Shown: positions 30,424-39,793 of the stretch, one piece after another
Numbering within the stretch: position 1 is the stretch's first letter
How the letters are laid out: each line of letters opens with the position of its first letter
Assembly: GCA_963666985.2 (NCBI GenBank)
Contig: CAXXIA010000002.1
Span: 1,216,001-1,280,000 of the forward strand
DNA from: Spirochaetia bacterium
GTDB lineage: Bacteria > Spirochaetota > Spirochaetia > DSM-2461
Direction: 5' to 3'
DNA length: 64,000 bases
Position numbers and translations under genes: made by a program
Notes under the pieces: generated by a model
Databases searched by the model: none
Seen by the model: the letters and a program-made list of their open reading frames with translations, nothing else
Told to the model about the DNA's origin: nothing

Positions 30424-31014
30424 ATGATGAATCGAAAAAAAGATCAAATGAAAATCGGCGTACTCATTCTTGCCGGCGGAAAAAGTTCCAGAATGGGCTT
30501 GGATAAGGCCGCACTTTCTTTCGGGAATGAAAATTTCACGGAACACTTGGCAAAAGAACTCTCAAATTATTCGGAACTTCTTCTTTCACGAACGAATGAA
30601 TCCCAAGAAGATTTCGGGCTTCGGTCCGTATACGATATTTATCCCGGATGCGGTCCGATCGGCGGACTGCATGCCGCGCTGACTTCCTGCGTTTCCGAAG
30701 CCCTGCTTACGGTTCCCTGCGACACACCGCTGTTCACCGCCGAATTGAGCCGTTTTCTCTGTTCGCAAATATCGGCCGATTATGACGCGGTTGTTCTAAC
30801 CGACGGTAACCGAAAATATCCTCTCTGCGCCGTTTATAAAAAAAGTGCTTTATGCGTTCTTAAGCGTCATATTGAACGAAATGATTTCCGAATGCTTTCG
30901 GTACTTGACGATCTCAAAGTCCGTTATATCAATATTGAAGAAACGGAATATTCTGCCGACTGTCTGAAAAACATCAATAATTGGGATGAATATCGGCAGC
31001 TGCTCAACACATAA
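30424..31014 (+). CDS. mobA: Molybdenum cofactor guanylyltransferase
   Basis: Motifs ILAGGKSSRMGLDKA, GPIGGL, PCDTP, PLCAVY and NIN. Start is 30424 or 30448. Confidence 0.9.
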   Translation: MMNRKKDQMKIGVLILAGGKSSRMGLDKAALSFGNENFTEHLAKELSNYSELLLSRTNESQEDFGLRSVYDIYPGCGPIGGLHAALTSCVSEALLTVPCDTPLFTAELSRFLCSQISADYDAVVLTDGNRKYPLCAVYKKSALCVLKRHIERNDFRMLSVLDDLKVRYINIEETEYSADCLKNINNWDEYRQLLNT

Positions 31015-31127
31015 CGGCCATCCGAAAACAGCAGCGGAAAAACAGTCTCGAGATTCGGCATTAAAAAAACGGCAATGCCGCATCGTTGGAACACGATACG
31101 GCATATACCGATTTTATTTGCCGATAA

Positions 31128-32189
31128 CTAATTCTTGGCGTAGTAGGCTTCGGACAAAGCCTGCAGCTTTTTGACCAGCTGATCAGCGCCTTCAACCTCA
31201 AGATAGATATCCATCATGGGCTTATAGACTTCCTGGAATTCGGCATAAAAAGCATCGTTCACATCAGCGAAAGTTACCCCATTATCCTTCATGGTCTGAA
31301 CGGCACCTTCGGTATACGTCTTAGCATAGTCGTACTCATAACCAACGGTAACATCCATAATGGTCTTCAGAACCAAATCTTTCAGGTCGGCGGGCAGCTT
31401 ATCAAGGAAAGCGGTTCCCAGAATAAAAGCGTTTCCACCGGTGAAATCAGGCATCTCAAGACAATATTTGGCATACTCGTAATGCTTCTGAGGAGCATAC
31501 AGAGTGGGTGCGGCCATGGCGCCGTCGATCGTTCCCTGCTGAAGACTGACTGAAAGCTCACTGCTGTCGAAGAATGTAGATGTACCGCCCATTCCTTCGG
31601 TAAGAACCTTGGTATAGGCATTCGGGAAACCCCACAGTTTCATACCGGCTACATCGGTCATCTTATTAACCGGTTTTTTTGTCAGCATATACTTCGACCG
31701 GTCCGTTATCAGCATTGAAGCGATATGAAGACCTTTCTTATTCAATAATTCATTAATGCAGTCATTATTGTCCGCATTAAGAATTCTGCAGAAGGATTCG
31801 GAGTCTTTACCGCAAATTCCGGGAACTTCAACAAACCCCATTATCGGAGCCGCGCTGACCATAAAACTGCAGGGAAAAATTGCACCCTCAACACTGCCGG
31901 CCTGCATTCCTTCCAAGAGCTGTGCGGCCGTACCCAACTGAGCAGCCGGATAAACCTGAACCTTAATTCTTCCGTTACTGGCGGCCTCAAGCTCTTTCTT
32001 CACTTCATCCGCAGTGGTAACGCACTGGTTGGGAGCAACTGTCAGCGCTCCAATCCTCATGGTATAGACCGTATTATCTTCCTTCACGGCCTCCTGACCC
32101 TTCGCTTCGCCAGAATCCTTGCCGCATCCCGTCAAACCGAGGGAAATAACAAGAATCACGAGAAAAAACGGTAATAATTTTCTTTTCAT
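31128..32189 (-). CDS. TRAP transporter substrate-binding lipoprotein (DctP)
   Basis: Lipobox LTGC and motifs SNGRIKVQVYPAAQLG and SLQQGTIDG. SD AAGGAG upstream of ATG 32189. Confidence 0.9.
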   Translation of the reverse strand: MKRKLLPFFLVILVISLGLTGCGKDSGEAKGQEAVKEDNTVYTMRIGALTVAPNQCVTTADEVKKELEAASNGRIKVQVYPAAQLGTAAQLLEGMQAGSVEGAIFPCSFMVSAAPIMGFVEVPGICGKDSESFCRILNADNNDCINELLNKKGLHIASMLITDRSKYMLTKKPVNKMTDVAGMKLWGFPNAYTKVLTEGMGGTSTFFDSSELSVSLQQGTIDGAMAAPTLYAPQKHYEYAKYCLEMPDFTGGNAFILGTAFLDKLPADLKDLVLKTIMDVTVGYEYDYAKTYTEGAVQTMKDNGVTFADVNDAFYAEFQEVYKPMMDIYLEVEGADQLVKKLQALSEAYYAKN

Positions 32190-32283
32190 GCAACCGCTCC
32201 TTAAAAAAACTACCATTATTTAACATCCGGTTTTTAACCGGATATTTTTAACATCATTTTATATCCGCATTACGAATAGTTAT

Positions 32284-33285
32284 CTAAACAGATATACCGA
32301 AATATTCTTCCGCATTTTCATAATAGAGTTTTCGAATTTCATTCTCCGAAACATTAAGAGAGTCTAAGAAATTGACGCTTTTCACCATGCTTTCCATCGG
32401 ATAATCGGTACCGAACAAAATATGGTCCATTCCAATTACGGATCGTGTACATTCAAAAGCGGCCTTTGAAAAATTTCCGCTGGTACTCACCCAAATATTA
32501 GTCTTGAAATACTCACCGGGCTTTTTCTTGTTTCTTGCATTATTTTCAACCGCCTGCTGAACTCTTATGGAATCGTTTAACCGCTCCATAAAGAATGGAA
32601 AGCCTTCACCGAGGTGACCGATGATAACCTTTAACTCCGGCAGTCGATCAAAAACACCGGCAAAAATCATTCGAGTCAGTGCCGTACTTACATCAATGGA
32701 AAAACCAAGACCGGATGAAAGCATGGCCGGTCCGTATCCGTGCAATTGAGGGATGGTAGGTATCGTCGGATGAAGGTAGACAAAAAGTCCTAACTCAACA
32801 GCTTTTTCGAGCAAGGGGAAAAACATTTCATCATCGAGCTGTTTATCTCCGTAATTCGAGAAGGCGTTCCAACCGACAAATCCCAATTCATTCCTGCATC
32901 GCTCCAGTTCCTTAAGAGACGCCTCAACATCGTTCACCGCCAAAACGGCGTATCCCTTAAGCCTGTCCGGGCACTTTTGCATTGCTTCATACAAAGCCGT
33001 ATTGATATCGATTGCGGCCCGACGGCCCAATTCCGGCTCAAGCTGCTCGACGCCGATGGATGCGCTTAAAATGGAAACATCAACACCGGCTTCATCCATG
33101 TCCCTGATTCGCTTATCGGTTAAATCAAGAAGCAATGGAATTATCGGTTTAATGGGGACCACACCGTCGCCGCCGTGATACATAAACTCATTCTTCGTAT
33201 TAAAAACGGGAATATTCTCCCGATCCGAAACCGTCTCCAAAAAATTTTTTGTATAATAATGAGCTTCAAAGTCAATTCGTTTCAA
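32284..33285 (-). CDS. Amidohydrolase-2 family protein (LigW/ACMSD/dihydroxybenzoate-decarboxylase-like)
   Basis: Motifs IDFEAH, RIRDMDEAGVD, YLHP, GVFDRLP, GHLGE, STSG and LFGTDYP. Confidence 0.85.
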   Translation of the reverse strand: MKRIDFEAHYYTKNFLETVSDRENIPVFNTKNEFMYHGGDGVVPIKPIIPLLLDLTDKRIRDMDEAGVDVSILSASIGVEQLEPELGRRAAIDINTALYEAMQKCPDRLKGYAVLAVNDVEASLKELERCRNELGFVGWNAFSNYGDKQLDDEMFFPLLEKAVELGLFVYLHPTIPTIPQLHGYGPAMLSSGLGFSIDVSTALTRMIFAGVFDRLPELKVIIGHLGEGFPFFMERLNDSIRVQQAVENNARNKKKPGEYFKTNIWVSTSGNFSKAAFECTRSVIGMDHILFGTDYPMESMVKSVNFLDSLNVSENEIRKLYYENAEEYFGISV

Positions 33286-33332
33286 AATATCATCCTTAAA
33301 ACAATATCAGCGGGTTCAATCACTCCGCTTTC

Positions 33333-34595
33333 TCATAGGAGAGCTAAGGTTAATCCGGGGATGTAGGTAATTAACGCCAGCCCAAGGATATAAAGAAGAA
33401 TGAACGGTACAACGGCCTTGGCAATGGCTCCCATAGGCTGTTCCAGAACACTTTGGGTTACAAATATGTTCATTCCGAAAGGAGGCGTGAACATCCCTAT
33501 GGACAAGTTAACGGTAAAAACCAGACCCAAATGGATCGGATCAATTCCAAGTGCCGTGGCGGTCGGCAGCAAAAGGGGAGCCAGAATCAATACAGCCGCA
33601 CCCGGATCGAACAGACATCCGATAATCAGCAGCAGAACATTCAGCATGATAAGAAACTGAATCGAATTGAACTGAGCAAATGCTTCCACCAGCATCTGAG
33701 GCGCCTGAGAAATATTCAAAGCCTGGCCGAATACGGTACTGGATGCGATTAAAATAAAAATCTGAACCATGGTCCGTACGGAATCTTTAAAGAGCTGAGG
33801 CAGTTCCTTAATCTTAATATCCTTGAGAACAAAGACTGAAATAATAAAAGAATAAAGCGCTCCGATGGCTCCCGCTTCGGTCGGAGTAAAAAGTCCGCCG
33901 TAAATACCGCCGAGAATAATCACCGGCAAGACCATAACGGGGATACTTTCCTTGATGGCCTTCCTTCGTTCGCCTTTAATATGCTCGGGTTTCTCGCCGC
34001 TGGTATTCTTCCCGACAATAAACAGATAGACGCAAAGAATAGCGACCAAAAGAAGTCCCGGCAGAATTCCGCCGGTAAACAGATTTCCGATGGAAGTATC
34101 GGTACAAATGCCGTAAACAATCAGAATCATACTGGGGGGAATAATGCTTGCCAAAGCGCCGGACGATGTAACAACCCCCAGAGCAAGGCTGTTGTTATAT
34201 AATTTTTTAAGCGGATTGTAGATGATTTTCCCAAACGTTGCGGTTGCGGCCGGCGGTGATCCTGAAATAGCGCCGAAGACGGCGTTCGTCAGAACACAGG
34301 AAACGGCCAGGCCGCCTCTGATTCTCTTGCAGAGAACCATAAAAACATTAATAAGTCTTCGTCCCAAAGAACTTTTCGCGATGATTGTTCCGGCCACGAC
34401 AAAATAAGGCAGGGCCATCAGACTGTTTTTATTGAGAGCTTCAAACATCCCCGTAAACAGATTCTGAAGAGGCATATGATTTATAAAAACCTGCAGATAA
34501 ACCGTACTCGCGAGAATACCCAAATAAATAGGCATTCCCGTTCCAACAAGAACCACCAATATGATTGCTACGGGAATAATAATTTGCGCTATCAT
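33333..34595 (-). CDS. TRAP transporter large permease (DctM)
   Basis: Motifs FGAISGS, IIPPS, GLFTPTEA, GIDPIHLG and TPPFG. Confidence 0.93.
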   Translation of the reverse strand: MIAQIIIPVAIILVVLVGTGMPIYLGILASTVYLQVFINHMPLQNLFTGMFEALNKNSLMALPYFVVAGTIIAKSSLGRRLINVFMVLCKRIRGGLAVSCVLTNAVFGAISGSPPAATATFGKIIYNPLKKLYNNSLALGVVTSSGALASIIPPSMILIVYGICTDTSIGNLFTGGILPGLLLVAILCVYLFIVGKNTSGEKPEHIKGERRKAIKESIPVMVLPVIILGGIYGGLFTPTEAGAIGALYSFIISVFVLKDIKIKELPQLFKDSVRTMVQIFILIASSTVFGQALNISQAPQMLVEAFAQFNSIQFLIMLNVLLLIIGCLFDPGAAVLILAPLLLPTATALGIDPIHLGLVFTVNLSIGMFTPPFGMNIFVTQSVLEQPMGAIAKAVVPFILLYILGLALITYIPGLTLALL

Positions 34596-35083
34596 TCGAA
34601 TTTGCTCCCTCGATTACAGAACAAAATCGCCAGCCATCCGATAATAAAAAGCGCATAAGAACCAACAACAATCGTATAAAGAATATATCGCGGTATTTGA
34701 AGCACATAGGTAACGGCTTGTGTTTGAAAGGTACTTTTTATCGTACCGAAACCGCTCTTAATTAAAATGGCAAAAATACCAAGAGTAATTATTCCTCTGA
34801 CAATGTAAATAATTTTCTTAACTACTTCGCTTTTTACCGTTGTATTAAAGATATCTATGCTCAAATGCCTATCTTCGGTTTCAAGCCATGATATCGCCAA
34901 AAAGGTCAGAAGGATGCACAAATAAGTACACACTTCTTCGGACCACGGCATTCCGGCCTTAAAACCGTACCGCAAAATCGCGTTCAAGGCCGCGAGGAAC
35001 GTTGAAACGGCCAGCATAAAACCGCCGAACATTCCCAGGGCGTTGTACAAGCGTTTGAGTACACCAACAATTTTTTTACCCAT
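34592..35083 (-). CDS. TRAP transporter small permease (DctQ)
   Basis: Four TM segments with motifs LRY, PWSEE and HLSID; stop overlaps the dctM start. Confidence 0.9.
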   Translation of the reverse strand: MGKKIVGVLKRLYNALGMFGGFMLAVSTFLAALNAILRYGFKAGMPWSEEVCTYLCILLTFLAISWLETEDRHLSIDIFNTTVKSEVVKKIIYIVRGIITLGIFAILIKSGFGTIKSTFQTQAVTYVLQIPRYILYTIVVGSYALFIIGWLAILFCNRGSKFE

Positions 35084-35632
35084 TAAGTTACTCCATGTGT
35101 TTATAAGAAACAAAATCGCGAAATTCTGTTATTGCTTACCCGTATATCAGCGGCTATTTTTTCCAAGCGTAACTATATTGTACTTGCCTGTAGAGAATTA
35201 TCAGACATACCGACTCACTATGACTTATGATCGGAAGGACTACAACGTGCAAAATTGTACTTTTTAAGTTCAATTTTGTAGTTCAGCATTTTTCATAACA
35301 TAAAGGTCATGACATTCATTACATTACCGGTATGCAGCAAAACCTGAACATGACAATCGGAACTTATCCTATTTATAATAAGTGGATAAAAACCATAAGT
35401 TTATAGATCGTCCTCATAATCCCGAGATTAAAAAATGTAATGCAGCCGCTTCTTTTTAATGCCGCATAAAAAAGACTTTCCTTTTTCATGAAATTATGGA
35501 ATCCTATTTCTCGTCATATTTATCCGTAACGGATGCTTGCAGCAGGCGGCCGAAATGATAAATGGCGGATCTTCCACGGATGTATTTATATAGTATGTTT
35601 TTAGCCGCTTTTTTCTCGGCGGACACAAAAAA

Positions 35633-35649
35633 AGGCAATTAGATTGCCT
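35633..35649. promoter_or_regulatory. Palindrome AGGCAAT-TAG-ATTGCCT; fits sigma54 GG-N10-GC spacing on both strands, or is an operator
   Basis: Perfect 7-bp inverted repeat in the AT-rich spacer between the divergent TRAP and Mo operons. Confidence 0.35.
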
Positions 35650-35820
35650 AAATTATTTGTCTCCAAAAAAGTTGAGAACAAAAGGAATGATTGATCTAAA
35701 TCATCATATAAACGAATATAAGGGACAATACCGTTGACGATTTTTTTCAGTAATATAATTTCCGCCGCTTAAGGATAAAATTTTCATGCTTAAAAACATA
35801 TTAAAGGAGACGCTGACCAG

Positions 35821-37101
35821 ATGAAACGCTACGCCATCGTGGGCTTCGGCTGCGCGGGCTACCATGCTCTCTGCGCCATCAGAGAACATGATACCGAAAG
35901 TGAGATCCATATCTTCTCCGATCATAACGACCCGCCCTCCAACCCGATGCTGACAACTTACTTCGTCGCGAACCGGCTTCCCTACAAGGGGATGTTTCCT
36001 TTCGGAACCCTTGAAGAGATTCAAAAACGATTCAACGCCGTCATCCATGTCAACACGCAGGTGACTCATCTGGATGCCGCCCGAAAGAGTCTGCGCTTTC
36101 TTGAAGCGGGCAAGGATGAAGAGCGTTCCTTCGATGCCGTTCTTCTGGCCACCGGGGCCACCCCGATCGTTCCGCCTTTAGGCGTTGAAGTGGGCAAGCG
36201 GGTTCTCTGCATGAGGACCGTACAGGATGCCGAACTTCTTAAAGAACGTCTTGATGTCGGCGATATCCGCTCGGCCACCGTTATCGGCGGCTCCATGGTG
36301 GGAATTAAAATCATTGAACTGCTTCAGGAACGGGAGATAGCCTGCACCCTGGCCGATATGGCCGAACGCATCTTTCCCCTCTCGGCCTTTCCCGATGTCT
36401 CAGAGGAAATTGAACGCCGACTCTCACTCCAAAAAATCGCATTGCGTTTCGGCAGCGCCGTTACCGGCGCCAAAGAGGATGAATCATCAGTTACCACCAG
36501 CTTTGCCGACGGCACCTCGGTTACCGGCGATCTTTTGGTTCTCTGCATCGGAACCCGGGCCAACATCACTCTGGCCAAAGACGCCGGGATAGAGACGGGC
36601 CGGGGAATTGTCGTGGACGACAGGATGATGAGTTCGGTCGAGGGAATCTATGCCGCGGGCGACTGCTGTGAAGCGCGCAACCTGATGGACAACTCTCATC
36701 AGGTTATCGGCCTATGGGCGAACGCCGGATATCAGGGAGAGACGGCGGGGGCGTGCATGAGCGGCAAGTGCGCTCTTTTTTCGGGCAACATCATCCACAA
36801 CATCACCCACTTCATGGGGATGGACTTCATCAGTCTGGGCAACGTGAACGCGGAAGGCGAGATTCATACCATCGGAAAGCCCTCGGATTCCCGCTACATC
36901 AAGGCGGTCCGAAAAGACGGACAGCTGCTTTGTCTGAACCTTTTGGAGGGCTACCATATCAGCGGTGTTCTCAAAAACTACATGATGAATCGATTCTCTG
37001 GGAACCGGGCTCCTCTACCGACGGCCCTGCGGGGGCTGTTGGCCCGTGAGGGATTCACCGACGAATTCCTGTCGCTTTTCGAAGGAGAAGAACATTCATG
37101 A
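35821..37101 (+). CDS. FAD-dependent pyridine nucleotide-disulfide oxidoreductase (NADH oxidase/rubredoxin-reductase-like)
   Basis: Motifs IVGFGCAG, LLATGA, VIGGSMVG and IYAAGDC. SD AAGGAG. Confidence 0.88.
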   Translation: MKRYAIVGFGCAGYHALCAIREHDTESEIHIFSDHNDPPSNPMLTTYFVANRLPYKGMFPFGTLEEIQKRFNAVIHVNTQVTHLDAARKSLRFLEAGKDEERSFDAVLLATGATPIVPPLGVEVGKRVLCMRTVQDAELLKERLDVGDIRSATVIGGSMVGIKIIELLQEREIACTLADMAERIFPLSAFPDVSEEIERRLSLQKIALRFGSAVTGAKEDESSVTTSFADGTSVTGDLLVLCIGTRANITLAKDAGIETGRGIVVDDRMMSSVEGIYAAGDCCEARNLMDNSHQVIGLWANAGYQGETAGACMSGKCALFSGNIIHNITHFMGMDFISLGNVNAEGEIHTIGKPSDSRYIKAVRKDGQLLCLNLLEGYHISGVLKNYMMNRFSGNRAPLPTALRGLLAREGFTDEFLSLFEGEEHS

Positions 37102-39227
37102 GCACTGAAGTCGAAATCAAAATCAAGAAAAAGATCCCCGGAGAGGATACCGGGATTATCACGAAGAACAGCTTTTGCGATGTCTGCGCCCCGGGACCCC
37201 ACTGCGGGGTGACCTGTTACGTGAAAGACGGAAAGATCATCAAGGTGGAGGGCACCGACGGACACCCGACCAATCACGGTCTTCTCTGTCCCAAGGGGCA
37301 ATCCAACCGTCAGTACATCTACCGAAAAGACAGGATTCAAACCCCGCTCAAGCGAACCGGCAAGAAGGGAAGCGGTCAATTTGAACCCATCGGCTGGGAT
37401 GAGGCTTACGCTGAGATCGCCCGAAACCTCAATAAGGTCAAAGAGAAATACGGGGCCAGTTCGGTCGCCTTCTTTTCCGGCTACAACAAATGGTACCGCC
37501 CCTTTTTGCAACGCTTCTGCTATTCCTTCGGCTCGGTGAACTACGGAACCGAATCCTCCTCCTGTTTTACCTCCACCATCATGTCCTGGCGGGCGACGAC
37601 CGGGGCCGATTTTGTCTCGGCGGATCTCTCCAAAGCGGGACTCTTCTTGGGCTGGTGCTATAACGCCTTCCACTCCATGCATCTGATGGTCAAAGGCGTC
37701 CAGATGGCCAGGGCGCGCGGAATGAAGTCCATCATCGTCGATCCCCGCATCACCCCGGCGGTGCAGCAGCAGTGTGATCTTCACCTGCGCATCAAGCCGG
37801 GAACCGATTGCGCCCTGGCGCTCTCTCTCGGGCGGGAACTGATCGTGAACGACTGGGTGGATCATGAGTACATCGAGAAGCATGTCCACGGCTATGAGGA
37901 ATACAAGAACTACGTTATGGACTTCACGCCTGAGAGGGTGGAGACGATCACCGATGTCCCGGCAAAGGATATCCGGCTTGCCGCCCGGATGATTCACGAG
38001 AATATGCCCCTGGCCATCAACCAGAGCGGGGCGGCCCTGGTGCACCATGCCAACGGAATGCAAAGCCACCGGGCCGTCATGGCCCTCTCGGCCCTGATGG
38101 GAACCTACGACCGTCCGGGCGGCATGATTCCTTCTCCTCTCACCTACGCCCATTCCATGGCGGGCTTTTCCACCCACGATCATGATTTTCCTTTCGAGAC
38201 GTATCCCAAGGACGCTCCCCGGCCCGTGGGCGGTCCGCGCTTTCCTCTCTGGGAAGAGATTGTCAAAGAGATGCAGGCCAACGACTTGGCCCGGCAGATC
38301 AACGAAGGAACGCCGTATCCGGTGAAAGCCGTTTGGGCTCACGGGATGAACTACCGGATGTTCAACGGCGATTTGGAAATGAAGAAGGCTATTGCGAATC
38401 TGGACTTTTTCGTGGATATCGACCTCTTCTTTACCGACACCGCCAAGATGGCCGATATCGTTCTTCCGGCCTGTTCTTCCTTCGAGCGAAGTGAGTTCAA
38501 AGTGTACGGCGGCGGTTATGCCCAGTACACCGAGAAGGTCATTGAGCCCCTGTACGAGTCAAAATCCGACACGGATATTCTGGTGGAGATGGCCAATTAT
38601 CTTGATCTGGATGATGAGCTCTTAAAAAGCGGCGCGGAAAATTGCGTACGCTACATGGTGCGCGATACACCGGTGGATATTGATTTTCTCAAAGCCAACA
38701 GTCAGTTCCCCCAGAAGGTGGAGGGCGCAGAGATTATTCCCGTCGGAGAGCATGGGTTTTCCACCCCTACCGGGAAGTTCGAACTGTATTCCACCATTAT
38801 TGAGAAGCATCCTGCTCTGGATGCGCTTCCCACCCACAAAGACAGCATCGATGCGGCCGATGAGTCCTTATACCCCTTCCGTCTGGTCTCCGGCTCCCGG
38901 CTTCCCTATGCCCTCCATTCCAGGCTTCATGATGTTCCCTGGCTTCGCTCACTCGAGCCGGATCCTCTGGCCTACATCAACAACGAGGATGCCCAAGAGA
39001 TGGGCATTCTCCGGGGTGATGAGGTTGAGGTTTCCACCGCCCTGGGCTTCATCACACTGAAGGCCAATCCGAGCCTGCGGATAAAAAAAGGGACGGTGCA
39101 CATTTACCATGGGTATCGGGAAGCGGACGTCAACGCCATTATCCCGGCCGCCCATACCGACCCCTACTCAGGGTTCCCCGGGTACAACAGTGTCCGCTGC
39201 AGCGTGACGAAGAAGGTGACTTCATGA
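37098..39227 (+). CDS. Molybdopterin (bis-PGD) oxidoreductase catalytic subunit
   Basis: 4Fe-4S motif CDVCAPGPHC...LCPKG, Cys ligand region SSSCF, IKPGTDCALA, ADIVLPA and TPTGKFEL. No Tat signal. Confidence 0.92.
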   Translation: MSTEVEIKIKKKIPGEDTGIITKNSFCDVCAPGPHCGVTCYVKDGKIIKVEGTDGHPTNHGLLCPKGQSNRQYIYRKDRIQTPLKRTGKKGSGQFEPIGWDEAYAEIARNLNKVKEKYGASSVAFFSGYNKWYRPFLQRFCYSFGSVNYGTESSSCFTSTIMSWRATTGADFVSADLSKAGLFLGWCYNAFHSMHLMVKGVQMARARGMKSIIVDPRITPAVQQQCDLHLRIKPGTDCALALSLGRELIVNDWVDHEYIEKHVHGYEEYKNYVMDFTPERVETITDVPAKDIRLAARMIHENMPLAINQSGAALVHHANGMQSHRAVMALSALMGTYDRPGGMIPSPLTYAHSMAGFSTHDHDFPFETYPKDAPRPVGGPRFPLWEEIVKEMQANDLARQINEGTPYPVKAVWAHGMNYRMFNGDLEMKKAIANLDFFVDIDLFFTDTAKMADIVLPACSSFERSEFKVYGGGYAQYTEKVIEPLYESKSDTDILVEMANYLDLDDELLKSGAENCVRYMVRDTPVDIDFLKANSQFPQKVEGAEIIPVGEHGFSTPTGKFELYSTIIEKHPALDALPTHKDSIDAADESLYPFRLVSGSRLPYALHSRLHDVPWLRSLEPDPLAYINNEDAQEMGILRGDEVEVSTALGFITLKANPSLRIKKGTVHIYHGYREADVNAIIPAAHTDPYSGFPGYNSVRCSVTKKVTS

Positions 39228-39745
39228 AAATCATATTCGAGTTCGACAAAGATAAATGCTCTGCCTGCGGGGCCTGCGCGGTGGCCTGCATGGATCAGAA
39301 TGATATCGATGTGTCATCAGGCCGGCAGCCGTATCGGAAAACCTATAACTACGAGGGGCAAAACGGAGAACTCGTCTCCATGTCCATCTCCTGCATGCAC
39401 TGCGCCGATGCGCCGTGCATCAACGCCTGTCCGATAAACTGCCTTTATAAAGACAAAGAGAGCGGACTGACCCTTTATGACAATGAAAACTGCATCGGCT
39501 GCCATTCCTGCGCCATGGCTTGTCCTTACGGGGCTCCGTCCTTCCGGGTTATCGAAGGTCCGCATCATCGGGAGAAAATGGAGAAGTGCGACAACTGCAT
39601 TGAGCGCATCCGGATCGGGAAAGATCCGGCCTGCGTGCATTCCTGCCCCACGGGGGCCCTCTCCTGGCGCTGGGCCGAGGATAACGAGGAGAGTCCTCTG
39701 GCTCGGCTCTATAAGAGCTGGAATGCGATGACGACGGGAAAATAG
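39224..39745 (+). CDS. 4Fe-4S dicluster electron-transfer subunit (DmsB-like)
   Basis: Four Cys groups: CSACGACAVAC, CMHCADAPCINACP, CIGCHSCAMACP and CDNC...CVHSCP. Confidence 0.92.
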   Translation: MKIIFEFDKDKCSACGACAVACMDQNDIDVSSGRQPYRKTYNYEGQNGELVSMSISCMHCADAPCINACPINCLYKDKESGLTLYDNENCIGCHSCAMACPYGAPSFRVIEGPHHREKMEKCDNCIERIRIGKDPACVHSCPTGALSWRWAEDNEESPLARLYKSWNAMTTGK

Positions 39746-39757
39746 CTTTCACCGACT

Positions 39758-39789
39758 GCATTGAGGCTCTTCTTGAGGAGCCTCAATGC
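39758..39789. terminator. Hairpin between convergent genes (probable bidirectional terminator)
   Basis: GCATTGAGGCTC-N8-GAGCCTCAATGC, 12-bp perfect stem. Confidence 0.7.
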
Positions 39790-39793
39790 TTCC

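Noticed and set aside
27782..39227. Selenocysteine (UGA) recoding in the Mo enzymes
   Set aside because: Both ORFs are full length with Cys at the ligand position and no in-frame TGA.
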